Positions 20,507-32,159 of a DNA stretch of 64,000 bases are shown here, in pieces. Both the position numbers and the translations under genes were made by a program. Numbering within the stretch: the first letter of the stretch is position 1; each line of letters starts with the position of its first letter. The notes beneath the pieces were generated by a model. The model was not told the origin of the DNA, searched no databases, and saw nothing but the letters and a program-made list of their open reading frames with translations. Origin of the DNA: an uncultured delta proteobacterium (GTDB lineage Bacteria; Desulfobacterota; Syntrophobacteria; Syntrophobacterales; Syntrophobacteraceae); contig CAVSIN010000018.1 of assembly GCA_963727975.1 (NCBI GenBank), positions 11,084 through 75,083 on the forward strand, in the 5' to 3' direction.

Positions 20507-22176
20507 ATGGAGAAACCGATGGCTGCAATGATCGACGGAAGAGCGGCGCTCGAGGTCGAGCTCAATCGACCCGAACGCCGTAAAAAAGGAACTGCTTGCC
20601 AAGTATCCGACCAAAGTCGCCCGCAAGCGAGCGAAGCAGATCATCATAAACAAGGTGGGCGAGGACTTGACGGTACCCGAAATAGGGGCTAACACCCGCA
20701 CCATTCCCGGCATAATAACCCAGCGCGGATGCAGTTATGCCGGCTGCAAGGGGGTGGTGCTGGGGCCGACCAGGGATTTCGTAAACCTGACTCACGGCCC
20801 GATCGGGTGCGGGTTCTACAGTTGGCTTACCAGGCGAAATCAGACCAGGCCGCCTACTGCCGAAGACCCGAATTTCATGACCTACTGCTTTTCGACGGAC
20901 CTTCAGGACGAGGACATCGTATTCGGGGGCGAAAAGAAGCTCAGGGCCGCAATCCAGGAGGCATACGACATCTTCAGGCCCAAGGCCATCAGCATCTTTG
21001 CCACCTGCCCGGTCGGGCTGATCGGCGACGACATCCACAACGTGGCAAAGGAGATGAAAGAGAAGCTCGGGATCAACATCTTCGCTTTCAGTTGCGAGGG
21101 CTACAAGGGAGTAAGCCAGTCGGCGGGCCACCACATAGCCAACAACGGCATATTCAAGCACGTGGTGGGGCTCGATGATACGGCGAGGGAAGGCAAGTAC
21201 CGCATAAACATGCTCGGAGAGTACAACATAGGCGGCGACGCCTTCGAGATCGACCGGGTGCTGGAAAAATGCGGGATCACCACGGTGGCCACATTCAGCG
21301 GCAACTCCACCTACGACCAGTTCGCAAGCGCGCACACGGCGGACCTGAACGCAATCATGTGCCACAGGTCCATTAACTACGTCGCCGAGATGATGGAGAA
21401 AAAATTCGGAATTCCCTGGATAAAGATCAACTTCATCGGGGCGGGTTCCGCCGCAAAGTCCCTGCGCAAGATCGCAAAATATTTCGAGGACCAGGAGCTT
21501 ATCGACAGGGTGGAAAAGGTCATAGCCGAGGAGATGGTGGAAGTGGAAAAAGTTCAGGCCGAGGTCAGGGCGCGCTGCGAAGGAAAGCTCGCCATGCTCT
21601 TTGTCGGAGGCTCGCGCGCTCACCATTACCAGGACCTTTTTGCCGAGATGGGCATGAAGACGATTTCCGCCGGCTATGAGTTCGCTCACAGGGACGACTA
21701 CGAGGGCCGCAGGGTGTTGCCCGGCATAAAGGTCGACGCGGACAGCAGAAACATCGAAGAACTGGAGGTGCATCCGGACCCGGACAGATACCGCCCCAGG
21801 AAGAGCGCCGAGCAAATCGAGGAGCTTGCCGCAAGAGGGCTTTTCCTTCAAGGACTATGAAGGAATGATGCCCGAGATGGCCGATGGGACCCTGGTTATA
21901 GACGATATCAGCCAGTATGAAACCGAAAGAATGATCGACATCTACAAGCCGGCGATTTTCTGCGCCGGGATCAAGGAAAAGTACGCCATCCAGAAAAAGG
22001 GCATCCCGATGAAGCAGCTCCACAGCTACGATTCGGGCGGTCCCTACGCAGGATTCAAGGGCGCGATAAATTTCTACAGGGAAATCGACCGCATGGTGAA
22101 CAGCAAAGTATGGTCGTATCTGAAAGCGCCCTGGCAGACAAACCCCGAACTTGCCGCAACCTATGCGTGCGAGTGA
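20507..22176 (+). pseudogene. nifD: Nitrogenase MoFe protein alpha chain NifD; frameshifts near 20570 and 21840
   Basis: RGCSYAGCKGVV, HGPIGCGFY, FSTDLQDEDIVFGGEKKL, the FeMo-co ligand contexts IMCHRSINY and QLHSYDSGGPY, and an anaerobe-type ~50-aa insertion (VDADSRNIEELEVHPDPDRYRPRK...). Confidence 0.92.
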
Positions 22177-22213
22177 TCGGTCTTTCAACGCAGAGGATAG
22201 AGAGGATAACCTC

Positions 22214-23594
22214 ATGCTGCTTCGACATACACCCAAAGAGATCAGGGAACGAAACGCCCTGACGATCAATCCGGCGAAAACCTGCCAGCCGATCGGGGCG
22301 ATGTACGCCGCCCTGGGCATTCACCGCTGCCTGCCTCACAGCCACGGCTCCCAGGGCTGCTGCGCATACCACCGCAGCACCCTTACCCGGCACTACAAGG
22401 AGCCGGTCATGGCCTCCACCAGTTCCTTTACCGAAGGGGCATCCGTATTCGGCGGACAGGCCAACCTCATGCAGGCGATCGACACCATCTTCACGGTTTA
22501 CGACCCAGACGTCATAGCCGTCCACACCACCTGCCTGTCGGAGACCATCGGAGACGATATCCCGCAGATAGCGCGAAAAGCCGAAGCCGAGGGCAAGATA
22601 CCCAAGGGCAAGTTCGTCATTCACGCCAATACGCCGAGCTATGTGGGATCGCACGTGACCGGCTTTGCCAATATGACCAAGGCCATGGTGAGCTATTTTT
22701 CCGCATCTAACGGCAAGCGCTCGGAGCAGATCAACATCATTCCCGGATATGTGGAGCCCTCGGACATGGAAGAGATCAGAAGGATCGCCTGCGAACTGGG
22801 CATCAGGACGGTCATTTTCCCGGACACTTCCAATGTTTTGAATCGTCCTCAGACCGGGAAATTCGATATGTATCCCGAAGGGCGGCGTCACGATCGGCGC
22901 CCTGATGAGCACCGGCGACAGCAAGGCCACCATTGCGCTCGGCCGGACCGCTTCATGGCCGGCGGCCCGCGCCCTGGACGTGAAATGCAACGTTCATTGC
23001 GAACTGCTCGAACTTCCCATCGGCCTTACGGCAACGGACTCATTCATCGATACGCTCAGGACCGATCGCCGGGGTGAGCGTCCCCGATTCGATCAACCTT
23101 GAGCGGGGACGGCTGCTCGACATCATCACCGACATGCACCAGTACTTCTATCACAAGAAGGTGGGGCTTGTCGGAGACCCGGACCAACTCGTCTCTCTTA
23201 CCGAGTTTCTCGTCTCGATCGACATGTGGCCCATCCACATTGTCACCGGCACCCCCGGCAAGAAATTCGAGTCCAAGAATCCGGGAGATCACCAGCGCAA
23301 ATACCTCACGAGGTGAACGTCAGGGCAGGGGGCGACATGTTCCTTTTCCACCAGTGGATAAAAAACGATCCCGTCGACCTCATGATGGGCAACACCTATG
23401 TCAAGTACATCGCGCGGGACGAGGACATTCCCTTTATCAGGTTCGGCTTTCCCATCCTCGACCGCATCGGGCACAGCTACTTTCCCACCGTCGGGTACAG
23501 GGGCGGAATACGCCTGCTCGAAAAAATACTCGATGCGCTCCTCGACCGCAAAGACAGGGATTCCCCCGAGGAATCATTTGAACTGGTGATGTAG
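22214..23594 (+). pseudogene. nifK: Nitrogenase MoFe protein beta chain NifK; at least 3 frameshifts (about 22870, 23060, 23290)
   Basis: INPAKTCQPIGAMYAALGI, LPHSHGSQGCCAYHRS, TTCLSETIGDDIP and FGFPILDRIGHSYFPTVGYRGGIRLLEKI. Confidence 0.92.
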
Positions 23595-23671
23595 GCTTCG
23601 CAGTGAGCGGTGAGAAGTGAACAGTGAGCAGCGAAACGCCAAATTCTGAAATTTGAGAAAGGACGACGAAA

Positions 23672-23971
23672 ATGCAAAAACCAGATCACCACATACTTGT
23701 TTGCGCCAGCTTCAGAGGCCTTGAAGCCAAGGGAAAGTGCATCAAGAAAGAGTCGATGCAGCTCATAAATTACCTCGAAGAGGAAATTGCAGACCGCGGC
23801 ATGAACGCCATCGTCTCCAGCACCGGATGCCTCAAGCTTTGCGAGGAAGGGCCGATCCTGGTCATCTATCCGCAGGGCTACTGGTACCGAAACGTGAGCG
23901 GTGAGAACGTCATCGATGAAATACTGGACGCGCTCGAGGAAGGCAAGCCCGCTGAAGCCTACCTCATATGA
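23672..23971 (+). CDS. Thioredoxin-like [2Fe-2S] ferredoxin
   Basis: Intact 99-aa ORF with HILVCAS...GKC ...STGCLKLCEEGPILVIYPQGYWY (four Cys in the family pattern). It sits between nifK and nifE. Confidence 0.8.
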   Translation: MQKPDHHILVCASFRGLEAKGKCIKKESMQLINYLEEEIADRGMNAIVSSTGCLKLCEEGPILVIYPQGYWYRNVSGENVIDEILDALEEGKPAEAYLI

Positions 23972-24012
23972 CAGATTTATATATAGCGCTAAACATGAAT
24001 ACATAGCGCCGC
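23962..24012 (+). repeat. Intergenic repeat family, copy C
   Basis: CCTCATATGACAGATTTATATATAGCGCTAAACATGAATACATAGCGCCGC, near-identical in its second half to copy D. The ferredoxin stop codon lies inside the head. Confidence 0.7.
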
Positions 24013-24067
24013 TGAAGGCGGCGACCAAGTTGGCTGGCGGTCTCACCGCCTTTGGAAGGAAAATCCA

Positions 24068-25436
24068 ATGAGCGCCGCCGGAGCAGTAATCTTTAAGGAA
24101 CGCGAGAACCAGATCCACAGAAAGGGCCGAGGGCCCTTCGAAATGGACTGCAACCGGGAAAGCCTTGCCGGAGCGGTAAGTCAGCGGGCCTGTGTTTTCT
24201 GCGGTTCAAGAGTCGTGCTCTACCCGATCGCGGATGCCCTGCACCTCGTCCACGGCCCCATAGGCTGCGCAGCATATACCTGGGATATCCGGGGCGCCCT
24301 GTCCTCGGGGCCTGCCCTGCACCGGCTCAGTTTCTCAACCGACCTCCAGGAAATAGACATCATCTTCGGGGGCGAGGAGAAGCTTTACCGGGCGCTCACC
24401 GAACTGATAGAGCGCCATCATCCGAAGGCGGCCTTCGTCTATTCGACCTGCATCGTGGGCATCATCGGAGACGATCTGGAGGCGGTTTGCAGGCGGGTTG
24501 CCGCGGAAAAGAATATCCCGGTTCTTCCGGTTCAGTCCGAGGGGTTCAAGGGGAACAAGCGCGAGGGGTACAGCGCCGCCTGCAAGGCCATGTTCCGGCT
24601 GGTCGGAACGGGGGACACCACGGGCATCTCCGGCTCTCAGCGTCAATATCCTCGGGGACTTCAACCTGGCCGGCGAGCTTTGGATCATCCGGGATTACTT
24701 CAAAAGAATGGGCGTCGAGACCGTTGCCAACATAACCGGGGACGGACGCGTCGAAGACATCATGCGGGCGCATGGCGCCGCTCTGAACCTGGTCCAGTGC
24801 TCCGGCGCCACTATCGAGCTTGCCAAAATGATGAAGGAATCCTTCGGAGTTCCCTTTCTGCGGGTTTCCTACTTCGGTGTCGAGGACATGGCCCAGGCGC
24901 TCTACGAGGTCGCCGGATTTTTCCAGGAACAAGGACCCCGGGATCATCGAACGAACGCGGGAACTGGTCAAAGATGAACTCTCGCGTACTCTATCCGGAG
25001 CTTCAGAAATATCAGAAAAGACCTTTCAGGAAAGAAGGCCGCTATCTACGTGGGAGGGGCCTTCAAGGCCTTCTCACTGGTCAAGGCCTTCCGGCTGCTC
25101 GGAATGAAGGTCGTCATGGTCGGATCTCAAACGGGGACCGAGGAAGATTACAGGGAGCTGCACGAGATCACCGACGAGGGGACCATCATAGTCGATGACT
25201 CCAATCCGCTGGAGCTTTCCAGCTTTCTCAAGGAAAAGGATTGCGACATTTTTGTCGGGGGCGTCAAGGAAAGGCCTATCGCCTACAAGCTGGGCGTCGG
25301 ATTCTGCGACCACAACCACGAACGCAAGCAGCCTCTGGAGGGGTTTGTGGGGATGCTCAACTTCGCAAGGGAAGTTCACTCCTCGGTCATGAGCCCGGTC
25401 TGGCGCTTTGTGCCCCGCAGGAAAGCGAAGGTCTGA
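24068..25436 (+). pseudogene. nifE: FeMo-cofactor scaffold NifE; at least 3 frameshifts (about 24640, 24930, 25000)
   Basis: CVFCGSRVVLYPIADALHLVHGPIGCAAY, FSTDLQEIDIIFGGEEKL, STCIVGIIGDDLEAV and GGVKERPIAYKLGVGFCDHNHER. Confidence 0.9.
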
Positions 25437-25437
25437 A

Positions 25438-26843
25438 ATGGAACATTCGCCATACGTGTCCACCACCAACGCCTGCAAGCTCTGCAAGCCTCTTGGGGCC
25501 TGCCTCGCCTTCCGGGGCATCGAGGGCGCCGTGCCCATGCTGCACGGATCCCAGGGCTGCGCAACCTACATGCGCCGCTACATCATAAGTCATTTCAGAG
25601 AGCCTATGGACATCGCCTCCTCATCGCTTGGAGAAAAACATGCGGTCTACGGCGGAGGACCCAATCTCAAACAGGGATTGCAAAACGTCATGACCAAGTT
25701 CGGAGCCAAACTCATCGGCGTTGCGACGACCTGCCTGACCGAAACCATCGGCGATGACGTGCCGATGATCGTAAGGGAATTCCGCCGGGAGATGCGCGAC
25801 AGCGGCTTGCCAGGACCTTCCCGCGCTCGTGACGGTATCGACTCCGAGCTACTCCGGAACGCACATGGAAGGGTTCCATGCCGCGGTGAGGGCCGTGGTC
25901 GAGCAGCTCTCAGAGGACGGGAATGTGCGCAGCAGCCGCATGCTGAATCTGCTGCCGGGTTTTCTCTCACCCGAGGACCTTCGCCACCTCAAGGAAATCA
26001 TGGATGATTTCCGCTGCCCGTCGGTCATTCTGCCCGACTTCTCCATGACCCTGGACGGGCCGGCCCTCGAGGACTATGAAAAGATCCCCCGCGGCGGCAC
26101 GCCCATAGAAGACATACGGCGCATGGGGGGGAGCGAGCTGCAACCTTCGAGTTCGGCGCAACCCTGGAAGAATCTGCAAAACGGCCGGGAAATTTCTCCA
26201 TGAGCGCTTCGGGGTGCCCTCTGCACCGGATGGGAATTCCGATAGGCATTCGCGAAACAGACGTTTTTTTCGACGCACTGGAGCAGTTGAGCGGTACGCA
26301 GCCGTCCGGACAAGTACGTGCTGGAAAGGGGACGCCTGGTCGATTCCTACGTGGATGCGCACAAGTACCTCTTTGGCAAGCGCGCGGTCGTTTACGGCGA
26401 AGAGGACCTGGTAGTCGGGCTCACTTCTTTTTTGGCCGAGGTCGGAATTACACCGGTGCTTTGCGCATCGGGCGGCAGGAGCGGCCGGTTCAAGCCGGCC
26501 ATAGAGCGGGTTACGGCCGGGATAGCACCGCCAGCCGCCGCCGAAGGCAGCAGCGCCGTCCGAGCCGCCGGCTGTCCATGAAGGAATGGATTTCCAACAG
26601 ATCGAGGAACTCGCCCGTGAGCTTTCACCCGATCTGCTCATCGGGCACAGCAAAGGTTACACGCTTGCCAGAAAGCTCGGCATTCCCCTCATCCGCGTGG
26701 GGTTTCCCATCCACGACCGATTCGGAGCACAGAGAATCCTTCACGTGGGCTACAGAGGAACACAATCGCTTCTTGACCGCATTGTGAACGCCCTTATCGA
26801 GGGAAATCAAAACGATTCGCCGGTTGGCTATGCATATATGTGA
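25438..26843 (+). pseudogene. nifN: FeMo-cofactor scaffold NifN; at least 4 frameshifts
   Basis: TTNACKLCKPLGACLAFRGIEGAVPMLHGSQGCATYMRR, TTCLTETIGDDVP, VSTPSYSGTHMEGFH and IRVGFPIHDRFGAQRILHVGYRGTQ. ATG lies 2 nt after the nifE stop. Confidence 0.9.
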
Positions 26844-26857
26844 GAAAGGAAACTGAA

Positions 26858-28131
26858 ATGAACATCTCGCGCGATTTGAGCCGCCATCCCTGTTTCAATG
26901 CCGCCGTCAAGGGTTCATACGGCCGTGTTCATCTGCCTGTTGCACCCAACTGCAACATCAGGTGCAACTACTGCAACCGCAAGTACGACTGTGTAAACGA
27001 GAGCAGGCCGGGGGTGACAAGCGCTGTGCTTTCTCCGCTGCAGGCTTCCCGGTACATGGAAAAAATCCTTGAACGCGAGCCGCGGATAACGGTCGCCGGA
27101 ATCGCCGGCCCCGGAGATCCGTTTGCCAACCCCGAGGAGACGCTCCAGACGCTGCGCCTCATAAGAGAAAAATTTCCGCATATTCTTCTGTGCCTTTCGA
27201 CCAACGGACTCGGAATCGCCGGCTACCTGGACGAGGTCGCCGACATCGGGGTCTCCCATGTCACTATAACGGTCAATGCCGTCGATCCGCAAATCGGGCA
27301 GAAGATATATAGCTGGGTCCGCGACGGAAAGGTCATCTACCGGGGCTTAAAAGGCGCCGAACTGTTGCTCGACCGGCAGATTGCCGCCATAGAAGGACTG
27401 AAGAGCAAGAGGCGTTACGGTCAAGGTAAACACCATTGTCGTTCCTTCCGTAAACGACCACCACGTCGAAGAAGTCGCCAGGACCATGGCGGGTCTTGGA
27501 GTCGATATACTCAATTGCATGCCGATGCACCCTAACAGGGATACGCCTTTTGAGGATATAGAGGAGCCCGGGCAGGCAGATGATCGAGGATATCCAGGCA
27601 AGGGCCGGGCGTTACCTGCCGCAGATGCGGCACTGCACCAGATGCCGGGCCGACGCGGTGGGACTGCTGGGAGAAGACCGCAGCGAAGAGCTTCGCGGGT
27701 GTCTTACGCAATGCGCGGGTCTTTCCCTCGACCTTGCCGAGCGGCCGTATGTCGCAGTGGCGACAATGGAGGGGATACTGGTAAATCAGCACCTCGGAGA
27801 GGCTTACAGGCTGCAGATCTGGTCCAGGACCGAACAGGGTTTTCATTGCATCGGGGAGCGTATGGCCCCCGAACCCGGCGGAGGCGCCTTGAGATGGAAG
27901 CAGTTGGCGGAAATCCTGAAGGATTGCCGGGCTGTCCTGGTGGCGGGAATTGGCGAAAATCCGGCAAATGCGCTCACACAGGCCGGCATAGAACCCATCG
28001 AGATCAGCGGGTTCATCGAGCCGGCGCTCGCAGCGGTTTATTCCGGCCGCGGTCTGAATGAGTTCAAAGCCCGGCGGCGGGGCGGCTGCTCGAAGGGTCT
28101 CGGCTGCTCCGGCTCCGGCGACGGATGCTGA
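26858..28131 (+). pseudogene. nifB: Radical-SAM FeMo-co biosynthesis protein NifB with C-terminal NifX-like domain; frameshifts near 27415 and 27575
   Basis: HPCFNAAVKGSYGRVHLPVAPNCNIRCNYCNRKYDC, AGIAGPGDPFANPE, CLSTNGL, RHCTRCRADAVG, then VAVATMEGILVNQHLGEA... Confidence 0.9.
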
Positions 28132-28584
28132 CCCGGTTTTTCCCGAAGCTGATGCGAAGAACCGATAACGTAGGACTGAAGACGGAGAGCCCCACCTCCC
28201 CCATAAGCGCTCAAATACGCTCGTTTCCCCCCTAAGGGGGGGCGGGAGAGATTTTTATCAACCGGATTTGGCAATCCCGGAACAGGCCGGCACACGATCC
28301 CGGGGTCGCCGCGCCCGCCCGCCCGTGAGGCGGGTCCCGCCGCCCCGCCCTGCAAGCTTCAGGCAAGCCGTTCCATCCTGTTTGCGAGTCGCAACCCGCT
28401 TTGCGATAAAGGTTCTATGGCGCCTTAGACCGCTTGACATAGTTTCACAAAGCCAGCCCTTTCATCGGCGCCATGCGTCCCGCCGCATATCGATCCCGCT
28501 GAGCTGCCTCTAGTATGCATTTTTCATATCATGTATAAGTAATTCATCAGGCCCTTACAAAGTCTCTCAGAGGAGGAGAGAGGG

Positions 28585-29974
28585 ATGATGCAGCAACCCC
28601 GGATTGCGCCGGCTGACGTCGCGCAGGGCCGGACCATCCTGGGGCATCCGGCCGGTTTGTTCGTCCTCTTCTTCACCGAGATGTGGGAGCGCTTCTCCTA
28701 CTACGGGATGCGCTCGCTTCTCGTCCTCTACATGGTCGACCACCTGTTCCTGCATCCCGATGTCGGGCAGAGGGTGCTCGGGTTTGGCCTCGTTAAAGGC
28801 GGGCTCGAGGCGATCTTCGGGCCGCTCGCGCCACAACCGCTCTCCTCGCAGATCTACGGGCTCTACACCGCGTTCGTCTACCTGACCCCCTTCTTCGGAG
28901 GGATGCTCGCGGACAGGGTAATCGGCCAGCGCCGCGCGGTGATCCTCGGCGCCGTCCTGATGGCGATCGGCCATTTCCTCATGGCCGTCGAGTCGCTTTT
29001 CTTCCCGGCGCTGCTGTTCCTGATCCTCGGCAACGGCGCCTTCAAGCCGAACATCTCGACACAGGTCGGAAGCCTTTACCCCCAGGGTGATCCGCGACGG
29101 GACCGCGCCTTCACGATCTTCTACATGGGGATCAATCTCGGCGCGTTCTTTTCGCCGCTGGTCTGCGGCACACTCGGCCAGCGGCTCGGCTGGCACTACG
29201 GCTTCGGCGCCGCCGGCGTCGGCATGGTCGCGGGTCTTTGCCTCTACCTCCTCGGGCAGCGCACCCTCGCCCCCGACCTCGCTCATGAGGACGGCGGGAC
29301 GGCCGCGAGAGAGAAAGCCGCTCACACACGAGCGAATGGAGGCGGGTCTGGGCCTTGGTAGCTGCTCTGCGCGCTCAATATCATCTTCTGGGGAATCTAC
29401 GAGCAGCAGGGCAACACGTTGCAGCTCTGGGCCGACCGGAACACGAACTGGAACTTCTTTGGCCTGAACATCCCCTCGACCTGGTTCCAGGCGTTCAATC
29501 CTTTCATGATCTTCCTCTTCGGCCCCGCTCCTGAACATGTTCTGGTCCTGGCAGTCACGACGGGGCTCGGAGCCGTCGAGCATCAGAAAGATGGCCTTGG
29601 GCTGCTTTCTGGCGGGCGCTTCCTACCTGGTCATGATCCTCGCGGCCCATAGCACGGGGCCGGAGGAGCGCGGCAGCGTAGCCTGGCTCATCGGGACGGT
29701 CTTCATCCTGACCATCGGGGAACTCTATCTCTCGCCGATCGGCCTCTCGCTGGTGACGAAGGTGGCGCCGGCGCGGATCGTCTCGATGATGATGGGCGTC
29801 TGGTTTCTTTCGAGCTTTTTCGGCAACTATTTCGCCGGCTTCCTCGGCACGTTCTGGGAGCGGATGCCACGGGAAGGGTTTTTCCTGATGTTGACGGGCT
29901 TGGGAATTGGCGGAGGGTTCGCGATCTGGCTGCTCGGTCGGCCGCTCGAGAGGATAGTAGCAGTGGATGACTGA
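28585..29974 (+). pseudogene. POT/PTR2 family di-/tripeptide:proton symporter; about 3 frameshifts (29320-29530)
   Basis: Signature FTEMWERFSYYGMRSLLVLYM, GGMLADRVIGQRRAV, GNGAFKPNIST and the C-terminal TM region GELYLSPIGLSLVTKVAP. Confidence 0.85.
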
Positions 29975-30304
29975 AGGGCTTCTTAGGAGTGGTTCAGTTT
30001 CGTTTCGTTGAGCAAACTTTTTACTCTGCCGCCGGGCTTCAACATCCATTGTGAGGGTTCAAGTCGCCCCTTTGAAGAACGAATAGAAACCATCCACTAA
30101 GTTGTTGAAAAACCGTCACGTTAGTTGAGCAGGACGGGCGGCAAAGAGCAAGCGGTTGCTGAACACGTGGACCTACAAGGCCGTGCAAGCCGGAATGTTC
30201 AGGAGTGCGCTAAAACTTGTGAGCAGCGGCTCCGGACACGATGACGCCGACTAAGAGAAAGAGGGCGTCACATGGGTTCGAACACCAGCCGGAAATGATG
30301 GAAA

Positions 30305-30330
30305 CACGGGGCCTTAAAGACGGCCCCGTG
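30305..30330 (-). terminator. Stem-loop downstream of the DUF1059 gene (possible terminator)
   Basis: Perfect 9-bp stem CACGGGGCC/GGCCCCGTG with an 8-nt loop, 28 nt after the stop. Only a short T tract (TTT) follows on the minus strand. Confidence 0.45.
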
Positions 30331-30357
30331 ACTCGATTATGAAAATACGGTCCCCAG

Positions 30358-30537
30358 TTAGGCGTCGTGGATATAACCTTTGACGTGTTCCATCAGTTCC
30401 GGCGTCACTTCGCGGATGCCGTGCTCTCTGGCGTGCTCAGCCGCCTTCTTGAGCACCTGCTCTTCCGTCTCGCCCCGTATGACGTGCTGACACCCGCTCG
30501 AAGGATCCACCTTGGCGCATTCCAGGATCTTTTCCAT
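30358..30537 (-). CDS. DUF1059 family small metal-binding-like protein (59 aa; below the ORF-track cutoff)
   Basis: Manual translation gives MEKILECAKVDPSSGCQHVIRGETEEQVLKKAAEHAREHGIREVTPELMEHVKGYIHDA. GGAGG lies 7 nt upstream of the ATG. The pattern C...C.H...ee.v......H....H is typical of DUF1059. Confidence 0.7.
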   Translation of the reverse strand: MEKILECAKVDPSSGCQHVIRGETEEQVLKKAAEHAREHGIREVTPELMEHVKGYIHDA

Positions 30538-30803
30538 GGGCTAGCCTCCTTGAAGAAAGAATAGTCCGCCGACATCACCTGATCCATCGCGGACACTATT
30601 ATGCTTGGCGCTGATTTACATGCTCTCTCATTGCACTTCCCAAAAAGATAATGATTTTCTGAGGATAGTCACTTGCACCCGCGTCATGATATTTTGGGCC
30701 TGCTCTCCCGCTGGCGCCTCCAGCAGATCATCCCCGCGGCGTAACCCCGCGTAAGCAGCGCCTGCCTGACTTAGAAAATAAGCCTGAAATAGTTGTTTAA
30801 ACT

Positions 30804-30975
30804 GGCGTCCGGTTTCTTTCGAGCTTCTTTGGCGATTATCTCGCCGGCTTTCTCGGCATATTCCCGGAGACTATGCCCTGCGAGGCATTCTTCCCGATGC
30901 TTGTGGGACTGGGCCTTGGCGGCGGTTTGGCGGCGCGGCTGCTCGGTTGGCCGCTGGAGCGGATAGTAGCGCTAA
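30804..30975 (+). pseudogene. Orphan 3' fragment (last ~57 codons) of a POT transporter paralogue
   Basis: GVRFLSSFFGDYLAGFLGIFPETMPCEAFFPMLVGLGLGGGLAARLLGWPLERIVA aligns codon-for-codon with 29808-29970 (GVWFLSSFFGNYFAGFLGTFWERMPREGFFLMLTGLGIGGGFAIWLLGRPLERIVA). No upstream part is present. Confidence 0.8.
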
Positions 30976-31037
30976 GCAGCACAGTCCCCCGATGGAGAAG
31001 TAAGATTACTGGAATCCGTAGGCGCATGAACCCTGCG

Positions 31038-32159
31038 CTAAATTCTTATAAAAATACGTTTTTGCCACATAATCCATGCGGTTATAAATATGGACAGAAG
31101 GATCTCCATCGGGTAGAGCAAAGATGCGGCGTCCCATTTTATAATTGGAACGGAGAAGATTCCGGACACATCCATTGACGGGAGCATGGCGCCCAGAATT
31201 TGAGATAGCATATAGAGGGCGATTGGATTCAGGCCTAGGATGATAAGCGGTTTCGTCCATCTTGAAAAACCGGCGATATCGATAAACCAGTAGAGGATAG
31301 CTTGGCAGACAAGCGCCAGTCCTGCCATGAATATACTGAAGGTGCTCGTCCATATGCTCTTGTTTATCGGCAGCCAGTTGCTCAGTATCTGGCCGGCGAT
31401 GAGCAGAAGAACCCCGGAACAGAGCATTCCGGCCGTTTTTCGGCGCTCTGATGCCGAAGATCTCAGCCACTGACCTGTGAGCACGCCAAAAAGAGTGGTG
31501 GCGATCGCTGGAATTGTGCTTACTATTCCTTCCGGGTCCCACTTCCCATCGTAATATGACCACATGTACCCATCCAGAAAATGCGAATCGACCCATGCGG
31601 CAAAATTTTCTCCCGGTTCCAGCACGCCGGCGCCGATTCCGGGGACGGGGATGAACCGCATCATCAACCAGTAGGAGGCAAGCAGGGTGATAAGCCATAA
31701 AATGCGGCCTCTCAACCCGCATTTCAGCACAATCAGAGAAGCAAAAAAATAGCAGACCGCAATTCTTTGCAGTACCCCGGGTATTCGGATATTTGAGAGC
31801 TCGAATGACGGAAAACTGTTGAGAAGAAGCCCAAGTGCGAACAGGATGCCGGTTCGTCTTATAATGCGGAGCTCGAACGCCCCATGGTGGATGCCTTTCT
31901 CCTCACGCTCGGCAAATGAAAAAACAAGCGCTACCCCTGCGATGAAAAGGAAGGAAGGGAAAACGGTGTCCGCAAAAGTCCAGCCATTCCAAACCGCGTG
32001 TTCCAGAGAGTAAAAGATCGCACCGTCGTCGCCGCGGCAGTTGACCAGAATCATCAGAAATATCGTAAGGCCGCGAAAAGCATCCAGTGAGGACAGCCGT
32101 CCTTTTTTCGAAGCGATATCAACGGAGGTGATGGTACGAATGGATGCAACATTGCTCAT
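31038..32159 (-). CDS. Acyltransferase-3/HGSNAT-like integral membrane protein (DUF1624/DUF5009 type)
   Basis: Intact 373-aa ORF with N-terminal RLSSLDAFRGLTIFLMILVN and about 10 predicted TM segments. Confidence 0.7.
   Translation of the reverse strand: MSNVASIRTITSVDIASKKGRLSSLDAFRGLTIFLMILVNCRGDDGAIFYSLEHAVWNGWTFADTVFPSFLFIAGVALVFSFAEREEKGIHHGAFELRIIRRTGILFALGLLLNSFPSFELSNIRIPGVLQRIAVCYFFASLIVLKCGLRGRILWLITLLASYWLMMRFIPVPGIGAGVLEPGENFAAWVDSHFLDGYMWSYYDGKWDPEGIVSTIPAIATTLFGVLTGQWLRSSASERRKTAGMLCSGVLLLIAGQILSNWLPINKSIWTSTFSIFMAGLALVCQAILYWFIDIAGFSRWTKPLIILGLNPIALYMLSQILGAMLPSMDVSGIFSVPIIKWDAASLLYPMEILLSIFITAWIMWQKRIFIRI

Noticed and set aside
28227-28242. The CCCCCC-taag-GGGGGG hairpin after nifB as an intrinsic terminator.
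   Set aside because: The loop is very tight, the T tract is 10 nt away and interrupted, and the hairpin lies about 100 nt past the stop. Support is insufficient.
30270-30295. GGGTTCGAACACC resembling a tRNA T-loop.
   Set aside because: The flanking bases do not form a T-stem or an acceptor stem.
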